DNA of 49,035 nt, from positions 1 through 49,035 of the forward strand of contig JAHEXP010000006.1 of the NCBI GenBank assembly GCA_023252055.1. The letters are read 5' to 3'. The notes beneath the pieces were generated by a model. That model was not told the DNA's origin. It worked only from the letters and a program-made list of their open reading frames with translations, and did no database searches. Source of the stretch: Coriobacteriia bacterium (GTDB lineage Bacteria; Actinomycetota; Coriobacteriia; Anaerosomatales; PALSA-660). Position numbers and translations under genes: made by a program. Positions 18,272 through 29,102 of this stretch are shown here, piece by piece; position 1 is the stretch's first letter, and every line of letters begins with the position of its first letter.

Positions 18272-19524
18272 GGTACCGTCGCCTCCACGGTCGTTCCCCG
18301 GTCACTGCTGCTCACGGTGAGCAGGCCTCCCTGGGACTCCACACGCTCACGCATGCTCCGCAGGCCGATGCACTCGTCGTTCGCGCACCGCGCGACCGCC
18401 GACCCCACGTCGAACCCGTGTCCATCATCATCGACGACCAGACGTGCCTCCGACGTGCCGTACTGGAGCATCACGACCACCCGGTGCGCCTTCGCGTGCT
18501 TTGCCACGTTCGAGACCGCCTCTTGCACGACGCGATACAGGCTGGCCTCCACGCCCGGCGGGAGCGGCCGCTCGCGTCCCTCGGTGTAGACGCGGACCGA
18601 CAGGCCACGCGCCTCGCCGATCTCGGTGGCGCGCTGGCTGATGGCGCCGACGAGACCCAACGTGTTGAGGCTGACGGGGCGAAGGTCGTAGATGTAGCGG
18701 CGGAGTTCGCTCAAGCTGCGGACGAGCACGGTCTGCATGTGTCCGAGACGGCGCTCGACCTCCGCGGGGTGCGTCGCGATGCGCTTTCTGCATACGTCGA
18801 GTTCCAGCGACACGCTGAACAGCGACTGGGACAGGCCGTCGTGCATCTCTTTGGCGATGCGGCCCCGGTCATCGGAGAGCAACGCATAGTGCGCCTGCGC
18901 GTTGAGCCGCGAGTTCTCGATAGCGGAACCCGCCAGCGCGCCGAGGATGGCCAGCAACGCAACCTGATCATGGCTGAACCGCCGCGAACTCGGATTCATG
19001 ACGGTGAGCACGCCGATCGCGCGTCCCTTGGTCTTGACCGGCACCGTCATGACCCACGTGGAGTCGGCGATCGCCGCCACAGGGCTGCGCTGCTCCGCGG
19101 CGGAACGCGCGACGTCTCCGATGCGCTCCCGCCACCACTCCTCGGGATACTGGTCGCGCCGCCCACGTACGAACACGGCACCGTCGTCGATCGTGAATTC
19201 GCTGCCGAGGTCATTGAACAGACAGAGAACCGCCTTGTCGGTCTCGATAAGACGCTTGGTCTCGTCGACGACGGTGTTGAGGATCTCGGGGATCGTCTTC
19301 GTGGACGAGATCGCCTCGGCGACCTCGTTCAGTGAGTCGATCAACCGTTCCTGACGACGCACCGAGCGGTCCCAGGGACGCCAGGAACCGAAGAGCGGTC
19401 TGGGCGATGGGGTCCGCTCGCGCTCGGCGACCGGTGCGCGTTCGAGTGCGGGCTCACGCAATCCCGCCGACTCGCGCGCCTGCGCGAGCGGCTCTTGGAT
19501 CCCCAAGGCCGTGTCGTCCGCCAT
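18265..19524 (-). CDS. Soluble GAF-domain sensor histidine kinase (HisKA_3)
   Basis: GAF domain (VPVKTKGRAIGVLTV..RFSHDQ), H-box RIAKEMHDGLSQ, QEAVSNVAKHA and DDGHGF; no TM segment. Confidence 0.92.
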   Translation of the reverse strand: MADDTALGIQEPLAQARESAGLREPALERAPVAERERTPSPRPLFGSWRPWDRSVRRQERLIDSLNEVAEAISSTKTIPEILNTVVDETKRLIETDKAVLCLFNDLGSEFTIDDGAVFVRGRRDQYPEEWWRERIGDVARSAAEQRSPVAAIADSTWVMTVPVKTKGRAIGVLTVMNPSSRRFSHDQVALLAILGALAGSAIENSRLNAQAHYALLSDDRGRIAKEMHDGLSQSLFSVSLELDVCRKRIATHPAEVERRLGHMQTVLVRSLSELRRYIYDLRPVSLNTLGLVGAISQRATEIGEARGLSVRVYTEGRERPLPPGVEASLYRVVQEAVSNVAKHAKAHRVVVMLQYGTSEARLVVDDDGHGFDVGSAVARCANDECIGLRSMRERVESQGGLLTVSSSDRGTTVEATVPC

Positions 19525-19624
19525 CCCGCCTCCCCGCGGTCAAGCTACCGCGTCGCCCCCGCGACCCGGTCCCTCCGCGCATGACTCTACTCCTAACGCT
19601 GATTCCATGTATGCCCAAAGAGAA

Positions 19625-19646
19625 AGGCCCCGGTCTCCCGGGGCCT
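19625..19646 (-). terminator. Intrinsic terminator after ftsH
   Basis: Minus strand AGGCCCCGG-GAGA-CCGGGGCCT followed by TTCTCTTT. Confidence 0.75.
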
Positions 19647-19701
19647 CTTCACGCGGTCTTCGTGCCGGCCGCGGGCCGCTGATGCGGCGCGGGACAGCGA
19701 T

Positions 19702-21687
<1,986 letters not shown>

Positions 21688-21731
21688 AAGGGAAGACCTC
21701 CTTCTCGGCGCGTCGTGTCCGAGTGCGGCCG

Positions 21732-22274
21732 TCAGTCCTGGTAGGCCGACGGACGCAGCACGCCGATGTAGGGCAGGTTGCGGTAGCGCTCTGCGAAATC
21801 CAGTCCAAAGCCCACGACGAACTCATCGGGGACGGAGAAGCCGATGTACTTGCATGAGATGGGTACCCGCTGCTTGCCTTCTTTGCTCAGCAGCGTGACC
21901 ACCTCGAGGCTGGCTGGCTTGCGGCTCGCCAGGTTCTTGAGCAGGTACTTGAGGGTGAGGCCTGTGTCGAGGATGTCCTCGATCACCAGAACGTGGCGGC
22001 CCTCGATCTGCTCGTCGAGGTCCTTCAGTATCCGGACCACGCCGGATGACTTCGTGGACGAGCCGTAGCTCGAGACCGCCATGAAGTCGATCTCCACCGG
22101 CACGGTGATCTGGCGAGCGAGGTCGGCCATGAACAGTGCGGCGCCGCGCAGCACCGCCACGAGCAGGATGCGCTCGCCGGCGTAGTCGCGGCTGATCTCC
22201 GCGCCAAGCTCGGCGATGCGCTGCCGGATCTCATCCTCCGAGACGATGATGGACTCGATATCGGGGTGGATCAC
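21732..22274 (-). CDS. hpt: Hypoxanthine phosphoribosyltransferase
   Basis: [18 protein letters not shown] loop and [17 protein letters not shown]; lies between tilS and ftsH. Confidence 0.96.
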   Translation of the reverse strand: MIHPDIESIIVSEDEIRQRIAELGAEISRDYAGERILLVAVLRGAALFMADLARQITVPVEIDFMAVSSYGSSTKSSGVVRILKDLDEQIEGRHVLVIEDILDTGLTLKYLLKNLASRKPASLEVVTLLSKEGKQRVPISCKYIGFSVPDEFVVGFGLDFAERYRNLPYIGVLRPSAYQD

Positions 22275-23683
22275 GTGATCGTCCCTTCCGGGTTCGTTGG
22301 CTCCCACATCAGGCGCACCGTCCGCGATGTCCGCGGGCCGACGCGGTAGTCTTCACTGCTCTTCACACCGGCGAGCCACACGATACGCTCTCCGTCCCGG
22401 ACGACGGGGACCTGCGAACGCACCCGAGCCGGCACCTTCGCGTCGATGAGGATGTCGGAGACCTTGCGGGTCCCCTGCATCCCGAACGGGCGCATCCGGT
22501 CGCCGGGGCCGACAGGACCGACCGTGAGCGGACCGGTCAGCGCTTCGGCGTCGACGAGCGCGGTCGAAGGGTCGTGGGACGGGGCCTCATCGCCGCCCGC
22601 ATGAGCGGTGAGCCGCCCGATCCCATCGAAGTCGACCGATCCCGGGACCGGGAGCTCGACGGACGCGACGCGCCCTGCCGACTCCGCTTCCCGGGAAATG
22701 ATGAGTCTACCGTACTCGGCGAACGCCCGCAGCCCGTCGGGGAGGTCTCTGGCGAACGGTCCCGGCGCCAGGCCGTCGCAGACCGCCTCGACGTGGTCGA
22801 ATTCGATGCGCGACGCCTCCGGGAACGCGCCGCGGAGCGCGCCGCGCACGACCCGGCGTTGCAGCGCGCGCGGAAGGGCGGCGAGAGGTCCTCTGTCCAA
22901 AGAGAGCTCGTCGCCCGACCAGCGAGCACCGGTGCGCGCAGCCTCTCGCGCGAGATCGTCGAGCAGCGCGTCCTCGTCCCCCAGAAGCGTCAGGGTGCGC
23001 GCGATCGCTTCGTCGAAGCGGGGGTTGATACCGCGCAACAGCGGCATGAGCTCCGCACGGACGCGGGCGCGCAACCGTGCGGTGTCGAGGTTCGTCGCGT
23101 CCTCGCGCCACGGCTGGCCGAGCCCCTGGAGATAGGACACCACGTCCACGCGCGTGCAGTCGAGCAGCGGACGCACCACCCGGCCGCGCCGGTAGCGGGG
23201 CGACACGAGGCCCCCGGCGCCGGCGCCCTGCGCGAGGCGCATGAGAGTCGTCTCCGCCCGGTCGTCCAGCGTGTGGGCGGTGGCGATGCGGCCGATCTCA
23301 GGTGACACGCCGGCCCCGGCGCAGCGGGCATCGAGTTCGAGGTCCGCTTCCCGGTACCTGACGCGGCGCCCGGCGTCCTCCAGATTCAGCCCGTGCTGGT
23401 CGGCATAGGCTGCGACATCGATCGAGACGCGGCTGCAGCACACCGCCAACTCGTCGCACAGCGCCTCGACGAAGGCGGCGTCACCGTCGGATGCGGCCCC
23501 GCGCAACATGTGGTCGATGTGCAGTACCGACGGCGTGATGTCGCCGAACGCGCCGGCGGCGGCCGCGCGGAGCAGTGCGACGGAGTCCGCGCCGCCCGAG
23601 ACCATCAGCACGACAGGAGCGCCCGCCGCGAACAGTCCGTGCCGCCGCGTCGTGTCCCGCGCGATGTCGAGGAGTCCACTCAT
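22271..23683 (-). CDS. tilS: tRNA(Ile)-lysidine synthetase
   Basis: SGGADS PP-loop, HIDHMLR, TAHTLDDRAET, RPLL and WREDATN; C-terminal GTRKVSDILIDAKVP. Confidence 0.95.
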   Translation of the reverse strand: MSGLLDIARDTTRRHGLFAAGAPVVLMVSGGADSVALLRAAAAGAFGDITPSVLHIDHMLRGAASDGDAAFVEALCDELAVCCSRVSIDVAAYADQHGLNLEDAGRRVRYREADLELDARCAGAGVSPEIGRIATAHTLDDRAETTLMRLAQGAGAGGLVSPRYRRGRVVRPLLDCTRVDVVSYLQGLGQPWREDATNLDTARLRARVRAELMPLLRGINPRFDEAIARTLTLLGDEDALLDDLAREAARTGARWSGDELSLDRGPLAALPRALQRRVVRGALRGAFPEASRIEFDHVEAVCDGLAPGPFARDLPDGLRAFAEYGRLIISREAESAGRVASVELPVPGSVDFDGIGRLTAHAGGDEAPSHDPSTALVDAEALTGPLTVGPVGPGDRMRPFGMQGTRKVSDILIDAKVPARVRSQVPVVRDGERIVWLAGVKSSEDYRVGPRTSRTVRLMWEPTNPEGTIT

Positions 23684-23690
23684 GCGTCAC

Positions 23691-23696
23691 AGGGTA
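23691..23696 (-). promoter_or_regulatory. -10 element (TACCCT) of a probably leaderless tilS transcript
   Basis: TANNNT hexamer 7 nt upstream of the ATG, with no Shine-Dalgarno sequence. Confidence 0.45.
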
Positions 23697-23804
23697 GCGC
23701 GTCGCGGGCGTCCGGCACGGCGATCTGCCCGGTTTGACCTGCGGCCTGTGCGGCCCGAAGATTGAGAGACCTGAAGACGAGGCAGCCGCGAAGGAGCGCC
23801 ACCC

Positions 23805-25076
23805 ATGCAGGCAGTCGACCCCCGGACGCTGGATCCGGCGCACCCTCGCCGGGTCGTGATCGTCGGCGGGGGGTACGCGGGCCTCACCGTCGCGGTCACG
23901 CTCGCGCATCGGGCGCGCGCCGGCGACGGCATCGAGATCGTGCTCGTCGACCCACGCCCGTACCAGCAGGCGCTGTCCGAGCTCGACCTGGTTGCGGCGG
24001 GCACCCCCCGCCCCCAATTCGCGGAACTCTGGTACGCGGACGTGCTCCGCGGACTTCCGATCAAGGTGGTGCACGACCGTCTCGAGAACGTCTGCACCGC
24101 CGAGCAGTGCGTCGAGGCCGGGCCGCGCGGGGGCCCCGTCGTCCGCATCCCCTACTGGCGGCTCGTCCTGGCCACCGGCGCGATCCCCTTCGTACCTCCG
24201 GTCCCGGGCCTGCGCGAGCGGGCGATCACGATGTGGTCGGTGGACGACGCGCTCGCCCTGCAGCGCTCCATCGAGGAGCAGTTCCGACACGCGGTGACGA
24301 TCTGCGACGCCGCCGAGCGCGCCTGTGCGCTGGCGGTCACCGTCGTCGGCGGCGGCGCCACCGGCGTCGAGATCGTCGGAACGATCGCGAAGCGGCTTCC
24401 GCGAATGATCGCGCGCGCGGGCCACGACCCGGCGGAGCTCACCGTCACATTGATCGAGGGACGACCGGACATCCTCTACGACCTCCCGGAGATCCAGCGC
24501 GTCCGCGCACGCCAGCGTCTCGAGAAGATGGGAGTCCACGTCCTTCTCGGACGGAACCTCCAGAGCGTCGACGCGACGACCGCCTACCTCGAAGGTGACG
24601 TGGCGGTGCCGTCGCCGGTGCTGGTGTGGTGCGGCGGTGCCCATGCCGACCCCGACGCCGTGCAGTGGGGGCTGGTTTCCGACAACTCGGGACGCCTCGT
24701 CTGCGACGAGAACCTGAAGGCGCAGGGGCACGACGCGATCTACGTGGTCGGTGACGTTGCGGCTTTCCGCGACCCTTCGAGCGCGCGCGTCCTGCCGATG
24801 CTCGCCCAGTTCGCGATCCGCGAGGCCGAGCACGCCGCCGACGCGGTGCTGCGCGAAGTGCGGGGTGGGCCCACTCGCCCCTTCGTCCCGAACATGCACG
24901 GCGAGTTCGTCAGTGTCGGACCCGGATGGGGCGTCGGCTGGATGTTCCACATGAACATCTGGGGCTGGCCGGCGATCGTCATGAAGCGCGTCACGTACAT
25001 CATGTACTGGGTGCAGGTCGGCAGCTTCCGGCTCGCGTGGAAGCGCACGGTGCAGATGCTGCGGATGCGGCACTAG
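23805..25076 (+). CDS. Type II NADH dehydrogenase-like FAD-dependent oxidoreductase
   Basis: Two Rossmann motifs (GGGYAG and GGGATGVE), LVLATGA, IYVVGD, AQFAIRE, and an amphipathic C-terminus. Confidence 0.8.
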   Translation: MQAVDPRTLDPAHPRRVVIVGGGYAGLTVAVTLAHRARAGDGIEIVLVDPRPYQQALSELDLVAAGTPRPQFAELWYADVLRGLPIKVVHDRLENVCTAEQCVEAGPRGGPVVRIPYWRLVLATGAIPFVPPVPGLRERAITMWSVDDALALQRSIEEQFRHAVTICDAAERACALAVTVVGGGATGVEIVGTIAKRLPRMIARAGHDPAELTVTLIEGRPDILYDLPEIQRVRARQRLEKMGVHVLLGRNLQSVDATTAYLEGDVAVPSPVLVWCGGAHADPDAVQWGLVSDNSGRLVCDENLKAQGHDAIYVVGDVAAFRDPSSARVLPMLAQFAIREAEHAADAVLREVRGGPTRPFVPNMHGEFVSVGPGWGVGWMFHMNIWGWPAIVMKRVTYIMYWVQVGSFRLAWKRTVQMLRMRH

Positions 25077-25125
25077 GTCGTGCAGCGGCCCGCATCGCCG
25101 AGGGCTGTTTCGGAAGCATACGAGA

Positions 25126-25155
25126 AACGGGCCGGTCCACGTGGACCGGCCCGTT
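25126..25155. terminator. Perfect 30-bp palindrome between convergent genes (bidirectional terminator)
   Basis: AACGGGCCGGTCCAC|GTGGACCGGCCCGTT, between the stops at 25076 (+) and 25183 (-). Confidence 0.75.
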
Positions 25156-25182
25156 CTCGGTTACGCGAGTCGTTCTGTCTTC

Positions 25183-25953
25183 CTACGCCTCGCCGAGATA
25201 CGTCTTGCGGACCTTCTCGTCGTGCAGGAGCTCCTTGCCCGGGCCCTGCAGCACGACGCTGCCGGTCTCGAGCACGTAGCCACGATCGGCGATCGCGAGT
25301 GCCATCGCCGCGTTCTGCTCGACGAGCAGGATCGTGATACCGGCCTTGTTGAGCGTCTCGATCGTCTCGAAGATCGTTTCGACGACGACAGGGGCGAGGC
25401 CCATGGAGGGCTCGTCGAGCATCAGCAGCTTCGGGTCCGCCATCATGCCGCGGCCCATCGCGAGCATCTGCTGCTCGCCGCCGGAGAGCGTGCCGCCCTT
25501 CTGCGCGCGACGCTCCCTCAGGCGCGGGAACAGCTCGTAGACGAGCTCCAGTGTGGACTTCACGCCCTCGGGGTCCTTCGTGCGCAGGAACGCGCCCATC
25601 CCGAGGTTCTCCTCGACCGTCATCCGCGGGAAGATGCGGCGGCCTTCGGGGACCTGGACGACGCGCTTGGCGGCGACGTCGTGGACCTTCATGCCGGAGA
25701 TCTTCTCACCCATGAACGTGATCTCGCCGACCTTGGGCGCCAGCAACCCGGAGATCGTCTTGAGCGTCGTCGACTTGCCGGCGCCGTTCGCCCCGATGAG
25801 GGTGACGATCTCGCCTTCACGGACGTCGACCGAGATGCCCTTGAGCGCCTCGATCGCGCCGTAGAACGTGTGCACGTTCTTCAACTGCAGCACGAGCGCG
25901 CCCGATCCGGTGACCGGGGCGACCATGGCGGTTGTGCTTGTGGTGTCGCTCAT
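25183..25953 (-). CDS. livF: Branched-chain amino acid ABC transporter ATPase LivF
   Basis: GANGAGKST, VPEGRRIF, LSGGEQQMLA, LDEPSMGLAP and LLVEQN. Confidence 0.93.
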   Translation of the reverse strand: MSDTTSTTAMVAPVTGSGALVLQLKNVHTFYGAIEALKGISVDVREGEIVTLIGANGAGKSTTLKTISGLLAPKVGEITFMGEKISGMKVHDVAAKRVVQVPEGRRIFPRMTVEENLGMGAFLRTKDPEGVKSTLELVYELFPRLRERRAQKGGTLSGGEQQMLAMGRGMMADPKLLMLDEPSMGLAPVVVETIFETIETLNKAGITILLVEQNAAMALAIADRGYVLETGSVVLQGPGKELLHDEKVRKTYLGEA

Positions 25954-25963
25954 CTGTTCCACC

Positions 25964-26746
25964 TCACGCCTGGGCCAACATGGCCTCGGCGCCCTTGCCC
26001 AGGTACGCCTCGATGACCTTCGGGTCCTTCTGGATCTCCGCCGGCAGGCCCTCGGCGATCTTCTCGCCGAAGTCGAGCACGTAGATGCGGTCAGCAATGT
26101 CCATGACGACCTTCATGTCGTGCTCGATGAGGAACACGGTGACGCCGCTCTCACGGATGCGTCCGATGAGTCGGGTCAGGTCGGCGGACTCCTGCGGGTT
26201 CATGCCTGCAGCAGGCTCGTCGAGCAGCAGCAGCTTGGGCTCGGTCGCCAGAGCTCGCGCGATCTCGAGACGGCGCTGCTGGCCGTAGGGCAGGTTCACC
26301 GCAAGCTCGTTGGCCTTGTCGGCCAGCCCGACGAAGCGCAGGTACTTGAGCGCCTCGTCCTCGGTCCGCTGCTCCTCGGCCTTGAACTTCTTCGTGCGCA
26401 GGATGGCCTGCAGCGGGCCCGCCTGACTGCGGCTGTGACGGCCGACCATGACGTTCTCGAGCGTCGTCATGTTGGCGAACAGCCGGATGTTCTGGAACGT
26501 ACGGGCCACGCCCATCGCGCAGATCTCGTGCGGCTTATGGCCTGCGACATCGGTGCCGTCGAACGACAGCTTGCCCTCGGTCGCCTGGTAGATGCCGGTC
26601 ATGATGTTGAAGAACGTCGTCTTGCCGGCACCGTTCGGGCCGATGAGGGCGACGATCTCGCCCTCTTCGATGTGCAGGTCGATGTCGCCGAGGGCGCGCA
26701 GGCCTCCGAACATCATCGTGACTTTCTCAGCTGAGAGTACGGACAT
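25964..26746 (-). CDS. livG: Branched-chain amino acid ABC transporter ATPase LivG
   Basis: GPNGAGKTT, ARTFQNIRLF, LPYGQQRRLEIARAL, LDEPAAGMN and IEHDM. Confidence 0.93.
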   Translation of the reverse strand: MSVLSAEKVTMMFGGLRALGDIDLHIEEGEIVALIGPNGAGKTTFFNIMTGIYQATEGKLSFDGTDVAGHKPHEICAMGVARTFQNIRLFANMTTLENVMVGRHSRSQAGPLQAILRTKKFKAEEQRTEDEALKYLRFVGLADKANELAVNLPYGQQRRLEIARALATEPKLLLLDEPAAGMNPQESADLTRLIGRIRESGVTVFLIEHDMKVVMDIADRIYVLDFGEKIAEGLPAEIQKDPKVIEAYLGKGAEAMLAQA

Positions 26747-26760
26747 GTCTTCGCTCCCCT

Positions 26761-27960
26761 CTACACATCGTCGGGTTCGGTATTGGCCCGGTTCTCTACA
26801 TCCCATTCCTGCATGTCTTCCTCGGCCAGGATGCGACCGTCCTCCGGCAGGAGCTCCCTGGCCCTACGCGAGCTTGGGATGATGCCCTGGGGCCGGACCG
26901 CCATCATCACGACCATGAGAAGGCCGAAGACGAGGAAGCGGTAGTTCGACATGAGGGACTGCATCTCGGCGGGCATCTTCAGGACACCGGCGACCGCGAG
27001 GCCCTGGATGAGGTCCGGCACGCCCTTGATGAGCAGCGCGCCCGCGATGACGCCCTTGATCGACCCCATGCCGCCGATGACGATGATGCAGACGACGAAC
27101 ACGGACTCCATGAACGTGAACGATTCAGGGCTGATGAACTGCTGCACGTAGGCGAAGGTGACGCCTGCGATACCGCCGGACAGCGCGCCCAGCGAGAACG
27201 CCCACAGCTTCTGGGTGCGGATGTTGATGCCGCACGCTTCGGCAGCGACCTCGTTCTCGCGCATCGCGACCCACGCGCGTCCCAGCCGCGAGTCGTCGAG
27301 GCGGCGGATCACGAAGATCGCGCCGAGGACGAGCATGACCACGATGACGTACCAGTACATGTTCGGGCCGAACTGGAAGAACCCGAGCGGCGTCTGGAAC
27401 CGGATGTTGTCCTGGAGCCACTGGGCGCCGAACGGAAGCGCCATGACCTGGTTGCCGTACGGCAGGCCCGAGGCGCCGTTGGAGAGCCCGAACAGGTTGT
27501 TGTTCAGACAGATGCGAACGATCTCCCCGAAGCCCAACGTCACGATGGCGAGGTAGTCGCCGCGCAGGCGCAGGACCGGGAAGCCGAGTGCGACGCCGGT
27601 GAGCGCTCCTGCGAGCGCCGCCGGTATCAACATCAGGAAGTAGGTCGCTCCACCGGTCCAGTGCGATACCGCCTGGCCGATGATCACGCCCGCGTACCCG
27701 CCCATCGCGTAGAACGCGATGTAGCCGAGGTCGAGCAGTCCCGCATACCCGACGACGATGTTGAGGCCCAAGGCCAGCAGCACCCAGATGCCCACGATGA
27801 CGAAGATGCGGACGATGAACTCCCAGCCGGTCGCGGACTGCACGAGGACGGGGACGAGCACGAGCACCGCCGCCAGGATCGAATACGCCACGATCGTCTT
27901 CGGCGGAAGCTTCTTGCGAGTCGGCGTCGGCATCACGGCCGCTGCTTTCGTGTCAGCCAT
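26761..27960 (-). CDS. livM: Branched-chain amino acid ABC transporter permease LivM
   Basis: GLNIVVGYAGLLDLGY, LRLRGDYLAIVTLGFGEI and SRLGRAWVAMRENE. Confidence 0.93.
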   Translation of the reverse strand: MADTKAAAVMPTPTRKKLPPKTIVAYSILAAVLVLVPVLVQSATGWEFIVRIFVIVGIWVLLALGLNIVVGYAGLLDLGYIAFYAMGGYAGVIIGQAVSHWTGGATYFLMLIPAALAGALTGVALGFPVLRLRGDYLAIVTLGFGEIVRICLNNNLFGLSNGASGLPYGNQVMALPFGAQWLQDNIRFQTPLGFFQFGPNMYWYVIVVMLVLGAIFVIRRLDDSRLGRAWVAMRENEVAAEACGINIRTQKLWAFSLGALSGGIAGVTFAYVQQFISPESFTFMESVFVVCIIVIGGMGSIKGVIAGALLIKGVPDLIQGLAVAGVLKMPAEMQSLMSNYRFLVFGLLMVVMMAVRPQGIIPSSRRARELLPEDGRILAEEDMQEWDVENRANTEPDDV

Positions 27961-27962
27961 GA

Positions 27963-28940
27963 CTACACCTTCTCCGCGACGGCTTCGCCGAGCAGACCGC
28001 CCGGTCGGAAGATCAGGACAAGAACGAGCACGATGAACGCGATGACGTCCTTGTAACCGGTCTCAAGGAAACCGCCCGCCAAGGACTCGACGATGCCGAG
28101 GAGGAAGCCTCCCAGCATCGCGCCGCGCAGGTTGCCGATACCGCCGACGACCGCTGCGGTGAACGACTTGATGCCCGGGATGAAGCCCATGTTGTACTTC
28201 ACCGAGCCGTAGTACATGCCGTTGAAGACGCCGGCGACAGCACCGAGGGCAGGGCCGATGAAGAAGGCCAGCGCGATGACGCTGTTGATGTCGACACCCA
28301 TGAGGCCGGCTGCCTCACGGTCCTGGGAAGTCGCTCGCATCGCACGACCGATGCGCGTGCGGGCGACGAAGGTGTCAAGGAAGAGGAGCAGGAGCAGCGA
28401 CGTCACCACGATGAACACCTGCATGGTGGTGATCTCCACCCCGCCGAACTTGAGCAGCGTGTGCGACGTGACGAAAGCGGTGCCGTCGGCCCGCGAGTAC
28501 GGAAGCTGCTTGCTGCTGACCCACAGGAGGACGGCGTTCTGCAGGAAGATCGAGACGCCGATGGCGGAGATCAGCGGTGCGAGGCGCGGTGCATGCCGCA
28601 GCGGGCGGTACGCGAACCGCTCGATGAGCACACCAAGGAGGCCGACGATCACCGCCGAGATGAGGAACGTGGCGGCCATGAGGGCCACGAAGCCGAGCAT
28701 GCCGCTGTTGAAGAACGTCTGGGCCGGCTTCATGAACGCGAGCGGTCCGGTGGCGACGGCGCCGTCGGACAGGACCTTCAAGACGCCGAGACCGACGTAA
28801 CCGCCGGCCATGAACAACTCGCTGTGCGCGAAGTTGATCATCAGCAGGATGCCGTAGACGAGGGTGTAGCCGAGTGCGACGAGCGCATACAGCCCACCCA
28901 AGGTGATTCCGTTGATGAGCTGTGAGAGGAGGTAACTCAA
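27963..28940 (-). CDS. livH: Branched-chain amino acid ABC transporter permease LivH
   Basis: QLINGITLGGLYALVALGYTLVYG..INFAH and KSFTAAVVGGIG; TTG start inferred. Confidence 0.92.
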   Translation of the reverse strand: MSYLLSQLINGITLGGLYALVALGYTLVYGILLMINFAHSELFMAGGYVGLGVLKVLSDGAVATGPLAFMKPAQTFFNSGMLGFVALMAATFLISAVIVGLLGVLIERFAYRPLRHAPRLAPLISAIGVSIFLQNAVLLWVSSKQLPYSRADGTAFVTSHTLLKFGGVEITTMQVFIVVTSLLLLLFLDTFVARTRIGRAMRATSQDREAAGLMGVDINSVIALAFFIGPALGAVAGVFNGMYYGSVKYNMGFIPGIKSFTAAVVGGIGNLRGAMLGGFLLGIVESLAGGFLETGYKDVIAFIVLVLVLIFRPGGLLGEAVAEKV

Positions 28941-29020
28941 GGTGAACGCTCCCGGTCGACTGGGGGCCGCGCGACGGCGAAGTGGCGGGACCCGGCGGGT
29001 CGCACGATGTGGGCAGCGGC

Positions 29021-29049
29021 CCGGGCGGACGCTTTGCGCGTCCGCCCGG
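29021..29049. terminator. Stem-loop between livK and livH
   Basis: CCGGGCGGACGC-N5-GCGTCCGCCCGG, 12-bp perfect stem; this position after a binding-protein gene is typical. Confidence 0.6.
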
Positions 29050-29102
29050 ACCTTGCTCATACCCTGACTAGGCAGGGTGGATTCGTGCTGTACAGCGGAT
29101 CC

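Noticed and set aside
25126-25155. Perfect 30-bp palindrome as a MITE or recombination site
   Set aside because: Single copy, no flanking target duplication, and located between convergent stop codons; best explained as a bidirectional terminator.
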